Assembly: GCA_963662795.1 (NCBI GenBank)
Contig: OY759746.1
Coordinates: 2,592,001-2,656,000 of the forward strand
DNA from: Spirochaetia bacterium
GTDB taxonomy: Bacteria > Spirochaetota > Spirochaetia > CADAEX01
Direction of reading: 5' to 3'
Length of the DNA stretch: 64,000 nt
Part shown: positions 1 to 8,664 of the stretch, piece by piece
How positions within the stretch are numbered: the stretch's first letter is position 1
Layout: the number at the start of each line of letters is the position of its first letter
The notes under the pieces: generated by a model
Databases searched by the model: none
Seen by the model: only the letters and a program-made list of their open reading frames with translations
Told to the model about the DNA's origin: nothing
Position numbers and translations under genes: made by a program

Positions 1-180
1 AATACGCCATTATTCATTAAACTGCTGCTTTAGAAAAGGATTGAGTGATATTATATATATTTTCCTGTTTTATAAACAGGAGAATTATTGATACATTTTA
101 TTAAAAAGGAGAATATCTCCATTGCTATTATATACTTAATTTTATATGTTCAATCCCCGATAATCGATACCTGAGAAAAG

Positions 181-1404
181 TTGTTTTTTTTTATCTTGCT
201 TGCCGCCATAGCTATGCCTTCTGTTGCTGATGAATTGCAGGATCGCATAGATAAGGCTTTTTCAGCAGGAAATACGGAAGAAATAAAAGTTGTTATTGCT
301 GAGAAAAGCACTCAAGAGGGATTTGAAAAAGTAGAATCATACCTTGTTGAAAATGTAAAAAAATCAATAATAGCGGGAAATTACAGTTTTGCCGGTAATG
401 TTCTTGACCAGATTCTTCTTAATAACCTTGATAATGTAGAGGCCCAGGATCTTTATATTTCGCTTGAGAAAGTGAAGAAGGAAAAAAGGCTAATTGAAGA
501 AAAGAAGCTTGCCGAGGAGGCGGGAAAGCGCGAGGAAGAGCGGCTTGCTGAAGAGAAAAGACTTGCCGAGGAAGAGAGAAAGCGCGAGGAAGAGAGGATA
601 AAACAGGAAGAAGAGCAGAAAATACTCGCAGAAGAGCAGAGGCTTCTTGAAGAACAGCGTATAAAAGAGGAAAACGATCGTCTTAAAGAGATTGCGAAGG
701 CACTTGAGGAAGAGAAAAATACTGCCGCTGAAAAGGCGGTTTCGGAATATATCCGGACTGAGAACGATAAGGGTTATTTTACTTTTAAGGGAGAACTGGG
801 CGCCATTGACCTGATTCTTTACAGATCGGGATTTTTCAGCGATGTATATGATAAAGACAAGACAAGCTACAGATACGGATTATCGCTGGGCGGATCAGTG
901 TTCTATTACAAAGCCGGTTATTCCGGCGGCCTTGATCTTTCCGCTGAATCATACTTTCTTGAAATATATCCGGAAAGCGCGTCGGTTTTTTCATGGAAAA
1001 TAGCCGCAAACAGCGAATTCCTTGCCACAGATCTGCCGGTTTATGCAAGGCTCGGCCTGACACAGACAAAATATAACTATCCTTCGGATGTCGGGGAAGA
1101 CATATATATCGCATCACTTATTTCCCCGATTTTAGGAATAGGACTTAGGGACTATCAGCTTACTGACAGATTTTATTTAAGCGGAATTTTTGATTTTTAT
1201 CTTGTAAGTTTCATGACATCTTATTTTGACGGCGCATTTGACAGTCAGTTAGGTCTTAAGTATGACCTGTCTGATTATAAAAAATATGACTTTTATGTGA
1301 AAAGCAACCTGAGTGGAACTTTTGTTCTTGGTGATAACAAAATTGAAAATAACCTGAAGCTTCAGATTATTGCAGGGGCGGGGATCAACTATGGCAAAAA
1401 GTAA
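181..1404 (+). CDS. Secreted protein: helical N-domain, long E/K/R-rich rod, C-terminal putative outer-membrane beta-barrel
   Basis: Signal-peptide-like N-terminus (ILLAAIAMPSVA|D). About 90 aa of EEKRLAEEE-type repeats. C-terminal alternating, aromatic-rich strands ending AGAGINYGKK. Start codon uncertain. Confidence 0.65.
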   Translation: MFFFILLAAIAMPSVADELQDRIDKAFSAGNTEEIKVVIAEKSTQEGFEKVESYLVENVKKSIIAGNYSFAGNVLDQILLNNLDNVEAQDLYISLEKVKKEKRLIEEKKLAEEAGKREEERLAEEKRLAEEERKREEERIKQEEEQKILAEEQRLLEEQRIKEENDRLKEIAKALEEEKNTAAEKAVSEYIRTENDKGYFTFKGELGAIDLILYRSGFFSDVYDKDKTSYRYGLSLGGSVFYYKAGYSGGLDLSAESYFLEIYPESASVFSWKIAANSEFLATDLPVYARLGLTQTKYNYPSDVGEDIYIASLISPILGIGLRDYQLTDRFYLSGIFDFYLVSFMTSYFDGAFDSQLGLKYDLSDYKKYDFYVKSNLSGTFVLGDNKIENNLKLQIIAGAGINYGKK

Positions 1405-3029
1405 CAGATTTATACTGATTTTTTTGGCAGTTTCTGCATTACTGTACGGACAGGATATATATACGAAATATCTTGATGAGGCCAGGGCGTTTTACCTCAT
1501 CAAGGATTATGACAAGGCTTTATCACGCATACAGTTTGTACTTAAAAGCCATGACAGTTTTGCAGTACTTCCTGAAGAAGAGAAGACGCTTTCTGAAAAT
1601 ATTTATTATTCTTACCTTAAAAGGGCTTTCAGATAATAACAGCAATGATAAATTCAGCGCTTTTGCTACTGGTAACCCGTATTTTAAGCAAATTGCTGCT
1701 GCTTCCCCCAGGATTAATGAACTTAAGCAGAAAAACGATGAGTTTATGGCTGCTGTTAAGCGAGAGGAAGAGCTAAAACGGGCAATGGCAGAGGAAAAGA
1801 GAAAGACACAGGAACTCGAGGAACTTAAAAGGGCTGCGGATGAAAAACTGCGCACAGAAACAGCACGCCTTGAGGAAGAGCGGAGAAAGGAGCTTGACAG
1901 GATAGCAGAGGCGCAGAGGAAGGAAATGGAGAGGATTGCCTAGGAGCGGAAAATTGAAAGCGAAAGACTGCTTGCCGAGAGAAAACGGGAAACAGAGAGA
2001 GTCCTTGAAGCAGAAGCAGCCAGAAGAAAGCAGGATGAAGCTGCAAAAAAGGCTGAACAGGAAAATTTCATGAAATTCCAGGAGCAGATAGTAAAGGAAA
2101 GAGCTGAGGCGGAAAATACTTCCAATGAACAGATTAATACAGTTATGCAGTCTTTTATAACGATGAGGGACAAGGAGTCTCAGGGGAATCTGCGGATAGT
2201 CATTATTGTTACTATAGTAATCGGCGCGATTTTTATTGCGATGCTTGCCGCTGTAATAATTCTCTTCCTTATTTCATACCGTAATTCACGCAGGCAGCAG
2301 GAAACATTCATGAAGTATGCAGAGATGGCGCCAGTCCGCTCATACGATGCCCTTCCTTCTCCTGTCATGAGCGATGTTGCTGACGCGGTATACAGGATTG
2401 AGGACAGGACCTCCTCCGGTGAGCATGGTGAAAGCACATCCAGGGCGCTGCCTTCTCCTGAAGATCATGACAAGGAAAAACTCAGAATTATTGTTGAACA
2501 GCGCAAGGCCTTCGGAGACGCGATAGACAGCGCTACCCACAGGAAAAACTGCTCAAAAAACGCGGCTGAGCTTGTCTACAAGATTTCAGCGCTGCTGGGA
2601 CGTCCTACAAGGGAATCGATGATCTATTATGCTGTCGGACTTATTTATGATATAGGATTTTTAAGCACAGACCCTACGCTGCTTGATTCACCCAGACTTA
2701 CTGACGAGCAGTTTGAAATGCTTAAAAAACACGCAACATCAGGGCTTGACATGATCCATTTTGTTGATAAGGAATAGAAGGAGATTTTTATTGATGGTAT
2801 TACAAAGCACCATGAAAACATGGATGGCAGCGGCTATCCTGAAAACCTCAAGGCAAAGGATATCCCTTTTATAGCAAGAGTTATAAGGGTTGTTGACAGT
2901 TACGTGTCTCTGATATCCCAGCGCGCTTACCGCGATATTTATGACAAGGAGACTGCCTTTAAAAAACTCATGGAAGATAAAGGTGTTTATGATGAAAAAA
3001 TACTGGAGGCATTGTCAAACGTAATATGA
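1391..3029 (+). pseudogene. Disrupted membrane-anchored HD-GYP protein (signal peptide, TPR-like helices, charged rod, TM helix, HD-GYP domain)
   Basis: ATG 1391 overlaps the upstream gene. Frameshift near 1619-1625 and in-frame TAG at 1941-1943 and 2775-2777. ORFs 1473, 2070 and 2820 share one frame, and read-through gives HHENMDGSGYP and RVIRVVDSY. TM helix IVIIVTIVIGAIFIAMLAAVIILFLI. Confidence 0.8.
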
Positions 3030-4080
3030 AAAAAACAACAGTTGAAATAAAAATAATATTTGCCCTTGCGGCGGTAATTGCCGCATCCGGCTGTTCAATA
3101 GCTGATGATATGCTGGGTGTAAATGAGGCTATTCTCAGCGACAGGGTAGCCCTTCTATTTCTGTTATTGAGGGAATAAGTTATGCATTTATTGATGAGGA
3201 TAATACGCTGCAGCTGCAGGTAAGCAATCCGGAAAGCGGTTATAAATATTACTGGGAAACTACAGGAGGGACAATTGACGGAGAAGGAGAAACTGCCACA
3301 TATACCGCAGTTGTAAGGTGCTACGGATCAAAGGATGAATATGTCGAGACAAAAACTGCTGAGAAAACAATACACAATATCGAAATTCTCACCGACAATA
3401 TGCTCTGGCTAAAAGCTGATTCAATAACAGAGCTTAACTCGTTTGATGCTGTCGCATCCTGGACCGATTCAGGTACAGTGGGGAATGTCCTCTCGCAGGC
3501 TACAGAGACAAACAAACCCAAGTATGTCGCAGACAGCCTTACTGGAAGGCCGGTAGTGAGGTTTGTAGACAATACAGATTCCCTTTATAACACCGCGCTG
3601 ACAACCGGCTCAGGATTCGGAATAGCGCAGTCTCAAATATCTTTTTTTATTGTATTCAGGATAAACAGTTATATCGCGGCAAGCTATATCTTGGGAGCGC
3701 GGAACGGCGGAACAAATTCATTTCCGGTTTTATATCACCTGGCGCCAGGGCAGCAACTCAGGGTTTACCAGTATACAGCGTATAACGCGGCTCCTTTTCC
3801 GGTCCTTTATGGTGAGACAAAACTGATGAGCTCAGTCTGCGATATGACACAGGCGGTAGTAGCGGACAAACTGAAAATATGGCTCAACGGTGCGGAGCAG
3901 GTTGACAATATCAATGTCGCTGCGACAAATCCTACCATAACAAGGCTTTATCTTGCTGCTCTCACCTCAAACAACAGTTTCATTGGTGATATAGCGGAAG
4001 TGCTTTATTTTAACACCGCCCTTTCTGATGAAAGAAGAGAGCAGATTGAAAACTACCTGTCAGAAAAATGGGGTCTTTAA
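3026..4080 (+). pseudogene. Frameshifted lipoprotein with C-terminal LamG/ConA-like jelly-roll domain
   Basis: ATGA overlap at 3026-3029. Signal peptide with lipobox IAASG|C, stop at 3176-3178. The frame of ORF 3400..4080 is open from 3127. Motifs WLKAD..VASWTD and GDIAEVLYFNTALS..IENYLSEKWGL. Confidence 0.7.
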
Positions 4081-4241
4081 GTTATACAGAATAATACTTG
4101 GCTGCCGCATAGTTTCCTTTAAAGCGGCAGTCCTGATTAGTGTTTTAAATCCAGAATTAAAATTCCTGTAAAAAAATCTTTTTCTTGTATTTGGCGAAAT
4201 CCTGATTCTATAATATAGGATAATTCAAATAAGGAGAAAAT

Positions 4242-5336
4242 ATGATAAAGAAACAATTGTTTTTTCTGGTAATTATTCTGATGATTGTTCCCCTGCTTTT
4301 TGCAGGAGGCGGAAAGGAAAAAGGCGGAGCTATGGATAAACTGCCTGCATTTGACAATCTGAAATTCGCTGTAATATCAGACATCCACCTTGTGCTTCCT
4401 GAACAGAAGGGTAATTCAGACGGGTACAGGCTTGGACTTAAGACGGTAAGCATACTTGAAAAAACTGTTGAAGAATTCAATAAAGACCCTGATCTTGATT
4501 TTGTTCTTGTAACAGGTGACCTTACCGTAGACGCAGAACCCTGGAACATTGACAAGACAAAAGAAATTCTCTCAAGGCTTAATGTTCCTTATTTTGTTAT
4601 TCTCGGAAACCATGATTCAAGTCCGATCAGACACAACGAAAAAGATCAGCCGGTAGGTGTATCCAAATATGCTGTTTCAAATACTTTTACAGGGATGTAC
4701 GGCGGTGGAATGGATCCGGGAAGAACATATTACTCAAGGGAACTCGCGGACGGTCTTGTTCTTATAGCGCTTGATTCCACCCATCTTCAGATTTGGGACC
4801 CGGTAGCCGGAATGGCGGATTTCAGCGGCAGCATAGATCCTGCCCAGATGGTATGGCTTGAGAAAACACTTGCGGCAAACAAGGGAAAAACAGTCATGGT
4901 AATGCAGCACCATGGGACTGTACCCTTTGCGGATGGGGACAAGACAAATCATAATTACTGGAGCTGGTTCAAGCTTGATAACGGGGAAGAGGTTCAGGCT
5001 CTCTATAAGAAGTACGGTGTTAAAGCTGTTCTTTCGGGACATCACCATATTTCAACCAGGTATCAGAATGTTGACGGAGTTTATCATATCACAAACGCGG
5101 CTCTTACAAGCTACCCGATGCGATATACAATGTATAACATTTCACCAAAAGGCTTAAGCTATGAAGCAAAAGATGTTCCGGTTCCCGCGGAATGGCATGA
5201 ACTTGTAAAGAAAAACTTCCTTGCCAATAAATGGTGGAGAGATGCGGATCACACAATGACTCCGGAAGGGGACGCCAAATATCTTGAATTCTACGAAGGA
5301 ACCTCAATGATAAAGGCAAGCATTGATTTTAAATGA
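4242..5336 (+). CDS. Secreted calcineurin-like metallophosphoesterase
   Basis: Motifs DIH, GDLT, GNHD, HH, GHHH. Signal peptide. SD AAGGAG upstream. Confidence 0.9.
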   Translation: MIKKQLFFLVIILMIVPLLFAGGGKEKGGAMDKLPAFDNLKFAVISDIHLVLPEQKGNSDGYRLGLKTVSILEKTVEEFNKDPDLDFVLVTGDLTVDAEPWNIDKTKEILSRLNVPYFVILGNHDSSPIRHNEKDQPVGVSKYAVSNTFTGMYGGGMDPGRTYYSRELADGLVLIALDSTHLQIWDPVAGMADFSGSIDPAQMVWLEKTLAANKGKTVMVMQHHGTVPFADGDKTNHNYWSWFKLDNGEEVQALYKKYGVKAVLSGHHHISTRYQNVDGVYHITNAALTSYPMRYTMYNISPKGLSYEAKDVPVPAEWHELVKKNFLANKWWRDADHTMTPEGDAKYLEFYEGTSMIKASIDFK

Positions 5337-5357
5337 TTATTTTAAGGTTTACTAAAT

Positions 5358-5398
5358 AAAGAAGGGAAGAGCCGTAAAATAGTTCTTCCCTTTTTTTT
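5358..5398 (+). terminator. Intrinsic terminator, possibly bidirectional
   Basis: AAGGGAAGA...TCTTCCCTT stem followed by a T run, between convergent genes. Confidence 0.75.
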
Positions 5399-5456
5399 AA
5401 AACAGAACCCCGTTAACCGCATGATTAAGCGGTGTATGGGGTCTCCTGTCTGCATA

Positions 5457-6230
5457 TTATGAGATACCAGCGATAGACTCTTTTTTCCTGCAGGGGAAAA
5501 TATCAAGAAGCTCTGTAAGGGTATCAACAACAGCATCAGGCTGCCTTAGATGCCCTTTATCTTCAGGATCATAAGCTTCTGTTTTTAAAAGTATAACACC
5601 TGCAAAACCAGATTTTCGAGGGCCTTCAACATCACGGTTGGGCTGATCTCCGATATAGACGCATTTTTCAGGAGCTATCTCTGCTTTTTCACAGCCTATC
5701 CTGAATATCTCCGGATTTGGTTTTTTAATTCTGACTTCTGCAGACATGATAACTACTTCAAAATCATCCAGAATATCCACAGCTTTAAGTTCTGCCGGGA
5801 GCATCGTAGGGCTGACTGTATTGCTGATCAGTCCGACTCTGTAGCCTCTTTTTTTAAGCTCCTTTACTACAGGTGCCGCATCAGGATACATTACCCTGTT
5901 GCCTTTAGCATGCGCATTCATTATGACAAGCTTGTCAGCGTTTTTTTCAATCCTGTCAAAGTGAGGTGCATCATAAAAAAGCCATTTTTTGCACATATCT
6001 TCGACTGTCTCTTCATAACAGTTTGTAAAACTCCAGTCCTTCAATTTTTTATCACGTTCTTTTAATAATTTTCTGAATTCTTTCGGGTCACCTTCATAAC
6101 CCAGAAAATCCATAATCTCTTTTGCTTTTGCAACACCATCATCAGCATGTTTCTGATTAGTGTTGAGTGTTCCGCCTTTATCGAAAAAGATAAAATCAAT
6201 TTTTGTTGAATCAAAATGTCCGCGAATCAT
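5457..6230 (-). CDS. HAD-superfamily hydrolase
   Basis: FFDKGGTL (motif I variant), LISNT, KKPNPEIF, YIGDQPNRDVEGP. Confidence 0.88.
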   Translation of the reverse strand: MIRGHFDSTKIDFIFFDKGGTLNTNQKHADDGVAKAKEIMDFLGYEGDPKEFRKLLKERDKKLKDWSFTNCYEETVEDMCKKWLFYDAPHFDRIEKNADKLVIMNAHAKGNRVMYPDAAPVVKELKKRGYRVGLISNTVSPTMLPAELKAVDILDDFEVVIMSAEVRIKKPNPEIFRIGCEKAEIAPEKCVYIGDQPNRDVEGPRKSGFAGVILLKTEAYDPEDKGHLRQPDAVVDTLTELLDIFPCRKKESIAGIS

Positions 6231-6258
6231 TATTTTACCAACCTTGATGTAATAAAGT

Positions 6259-6291
6259 AATGCGGCCTAATACTATTGATCAGGCCGCATT
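6259..6291 (-). other. Intergenic stem-loop after the binding-protein gene
   Basis: 10-bp perfect inverted repeat AATGCGGCCT / AGGCCGCATT. Confidence 0.6.
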
Positions 6292-6317
6292 TCTAATTAT
6301 TCCGAATGGATTAAAAA

Positions 6318-7502
6318 TTACATATTCTTCATCCAGAAATCCCTGAATATAATAACGTTATTGTAGAGCCAGTCGCCGTCTTCCCTCCATGCATTGATTT
6401 CCTGAAAGGGTTTCTGTCCTTCTGGTACTTTAACATCTTTTCTTATGGACCAGTTTCCGATTGTGTTATAGGGTTTAAATCCCAGTCCGCCTTTCTCATC
6501 ACCGTAAAAATACTTGATAAACAGTTTTGCGGCATTGGGATGTTTAGCGTATACGGGGACGGCAACAGCAGTCTGGTTCAGGAATGTTGAGAACGGTTTT
6601 ACATCCCATGCAAGAGCCGCATTAAGACCCTGTTCTTCCGCAACCCTCATTTTTGAAGGACTTATAATTCCGAGAGGAGGATTCTTCTGTCCTTTTGCTC
6701 CGACTCCTTCGATTGCGTCGTTTCCGCCCTTTTCGAATATAATGTCATTTTTAAGAAGCTGTTTTATAAACTCATGTCCTGCTGTGGGGCAGCCTTCGCT
6801 TAAAACTATATTCTTGCCGAATTCTTCCTTGTAGGCTTTTTTCATATCCTCGGCATGCATTATAAACATCGCCATGTTGTTCATATCGGAACCGCCAAGC
6901 ATCGGGTCCTTCATTATAAGTCTTCCTTTCCACTCAGGTCTGGTTAAATCCCACCATGAATCTACAGGACATTCAGGGTATACTTCGGTGTTGTACGCGA
7001 TCATTTTACCGCCGAGCCTCTGGATGCCGAGTTTTTCATTCCTGAACTGGTCAAACATAACAGCTTCAACATCTCTTGGAACATATTTGAACAGCCTGTT
7101 GAAATCTACAAATTCAGCGTAAAGCTCAGGTGTATCGCCGCATGTAATAACATCTACTTCATAAACCTTTGAATCCTGAAGTTTTTTCAGTTTTTCCTTG
7201 ATTTCAGCGGCTCCGATATCAGAATAGACAATTTTAACTCCGTATTTCTTTTCAAAAGCTTCCTGGAATTTAGAGATTCTGGAAGTATCCGCGTAAAGTA
7301 CAATTTCACCTTCTGCCTGGGCTGCCTTGATAATCTCATCCCAGTTTTCAGTTGCCGGCTGATAAGGACCGAGCTGGGCCTGTTTCAGCCATGCATCAAT
7401 TGCAGGATCCACCTTTGAAGGTGACTGTTCCTTTGCTCCTCCGGCAAACAGCATTGCTGAGCCGATGAGAAGGATCAATACGATTAACAGTGTTTTTTTC
7501 AT
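6318..7502 (-). CDS. ABC transporter substrate-binding protein (AfuA/FbpA-like family)
   Basis: Signal peptide. AAQAEGEIVLY, IAYNTEV, SWWDLTRPEWKGRLIMKDP, AKHPNAAKLF. Confidence 0.88.
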   Translation of the reverse strand: MKKTLLIVLILLIGSAMLFAGGAKEQSPSKVDPAIDAWLKQAQLGPYQPATENWDEIIKAAQAEGEIVLYADTSRISKFQEAFEKKYGVKIVYSDIGAAEIKEKLKKLQDSKVYEVDVITCGDTPELYAEFVDFNRLFKYVPRDVEAVMFDQFRNEKLGIQRLGGKMIAYNTEVYPECPVDSWWDLTRPEWKGRLIMKDPMLGGSDMNNMAMFIMHAEDMKKAYKEEFGKNIVLSEGCPTAGHEFIKQLLKNDIIFEKGGNDAIEGVGAKGQKNPPLGIISPSKMRVAEEQGLNAALAWDVKPFSTFLNQTAVAVPVYAKHPNAAKLFIKYFYGDEKGGLGFKPYNTIGNWSIRKDVKVPEGQKPFQEINAWREDGDWLYNNVIIFRDFWMKNM

Positions 7503-7572
7503 TCAATTCCCCCTTGTTTTTTTCCGGCAGCAGCTTACAGCTTGTTAGCCGGTTTTCAGAAAAATAATTTAT

Positions 7573-8661
7573 TTAGAAAATTCTTTTTCCAGTTTCAATA
7601 TCAAAAATATTATGGCAGTCCAGCTTTATTCCGATTTTGATTGTTTCTCCCGGTTTAGACCTTACATAGTTTTTGGTAATCATAGTTACAGTACAGTGTT
7701 CATTGTAAAGGTTATTGATCTGCGCCGGGCCTGTGGGAAGCTGCGTTTCAATCCTGAATGCTACACCGTTTTGATTTAATTCAGCGTCTTCCGGCCTGAA
7801 AGCTACTTTTACATATTTTCTATCCCCGATAAGATCTGATTCCACTGGCAGGATAAAGCCTTTGGCATTTACATGCGCTTTGCCGTTTTCCCTTATTACA
7901 TCGCCGTCAATGAAATTCATTTTAGGGTTGCTTATAAAATCTGCCACAAACAGGTCTGCAGGTTTCCTGTAAAGCATTTCAGGCGTATCTTTCTGAAGAA
8001 TAACACCATCTTTCATAATACATATATGGGAAGACATCGTCATTGCCTCTTCCTGGTCATGTGTTACATAAACAGTTGTTGTTCCTGCTTCCTGGTGAAG
8101 CCTCTTGACTTCAGATCTCATCTCAAGCCTTAGTTTCGCGTCAAGGTTTGAAAGCGGCTCATCCATAAGGAATATACCCGGTTTTGCAATAAGCATTCTC
8201 GCAATTGCTACCCTCTGCTGCTGACCGCCTGAAAGCTCGTTTGGATATCTGTGGGCATGGTTTTCAAGGTGTACCTTTTTAAGGATATCCATTGTAAGCT
8301 TTTCAACTTCATTCTTCGGAAGTTTCTTGATTGTCGGCCCGAAAGCTACATTTTTCATTACTGTCATATGGGGCCATAGTGCGTATGACTGGAAAATAAG
8401 TCCGATATCACGTTTGACCGGATCTACATATACTTCATCCTTTTTGGAAAAAACAACCTTATCGTTTATTGTAATTTTTCCTTCTGTCGGATTTTCAAGT
8501 CCTGCAATTGATCTTAAGGTTGTTGTTTTGCCGCAGCCGGACGGACCGAGAAGCGTAAGAAAATCCCCTTCATGGATATCGATAGTAAGATTGTCAATTG
8601 CTTTGGTTGTACCCCAAATTTTTGAAAGATTCTCAATTCTTATTTTTACTTTTCCGCTCAT
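7573..8661 (-). CDS. ABC transporter ATP-binding subunit (PotA/FbpC/MalK-like)
   Basis: GPSGCGKTT, LSGGQQQRVA, MDEPLSNLDAKLR, VTHDQEEA. Confidence 0.95.
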   Translation of the reverse strand: MSGKVKIRIENLSKIWGTTKAIDNLTIDIHEGDFLTLLGPSGCGKTTTLRSIAGLENPTEGKITINDKVVFSKKDEVYVDPVKRDIGLIFQSYALWPHMTVMKNVAFGPTIKKLPKNEVEKLTMDILKKVHLENHAHRYPNELSGGQQQRVAIARMLIAKPGIFLMDEPLSNLDAKLRLEMRSEVKRLHQEAGTTTVYVTHDQEEAMTMSSHICIMKDGVILQKDTPEMLYRKPADLFVADFISNPKMNFIDGDVIRENGKAHVNAKGFILPVESDLIGDRKYVKVAFRPEDAELNQNGVAFRIETQLPTGPAQINNLYNEHCTVTMITKNYVRSKPGETIKIGIKLDCHNIFDIETGKRIF

Positions 8662-8664
8662 AAA

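Noticed and set aside
490-720. DNA-level repeat element in gene 1
   Set aside because: The imperfect repeats simply encode the EEKRLAEEE charged helix.
1941-2777. TAG recoding or pyrrolysine read-through
   Set aside because: TAG ends normal genes here (19066, 22932), the same gene also has a frameshift, and no pyl genes are visible.
3026-4080. Diversity-generating retroelement target lipoprotein
   Set aside because: No reverse transcriptase and no template/variable repeat pair seen, and the domain looks LamG-like rather than C-type lectin.
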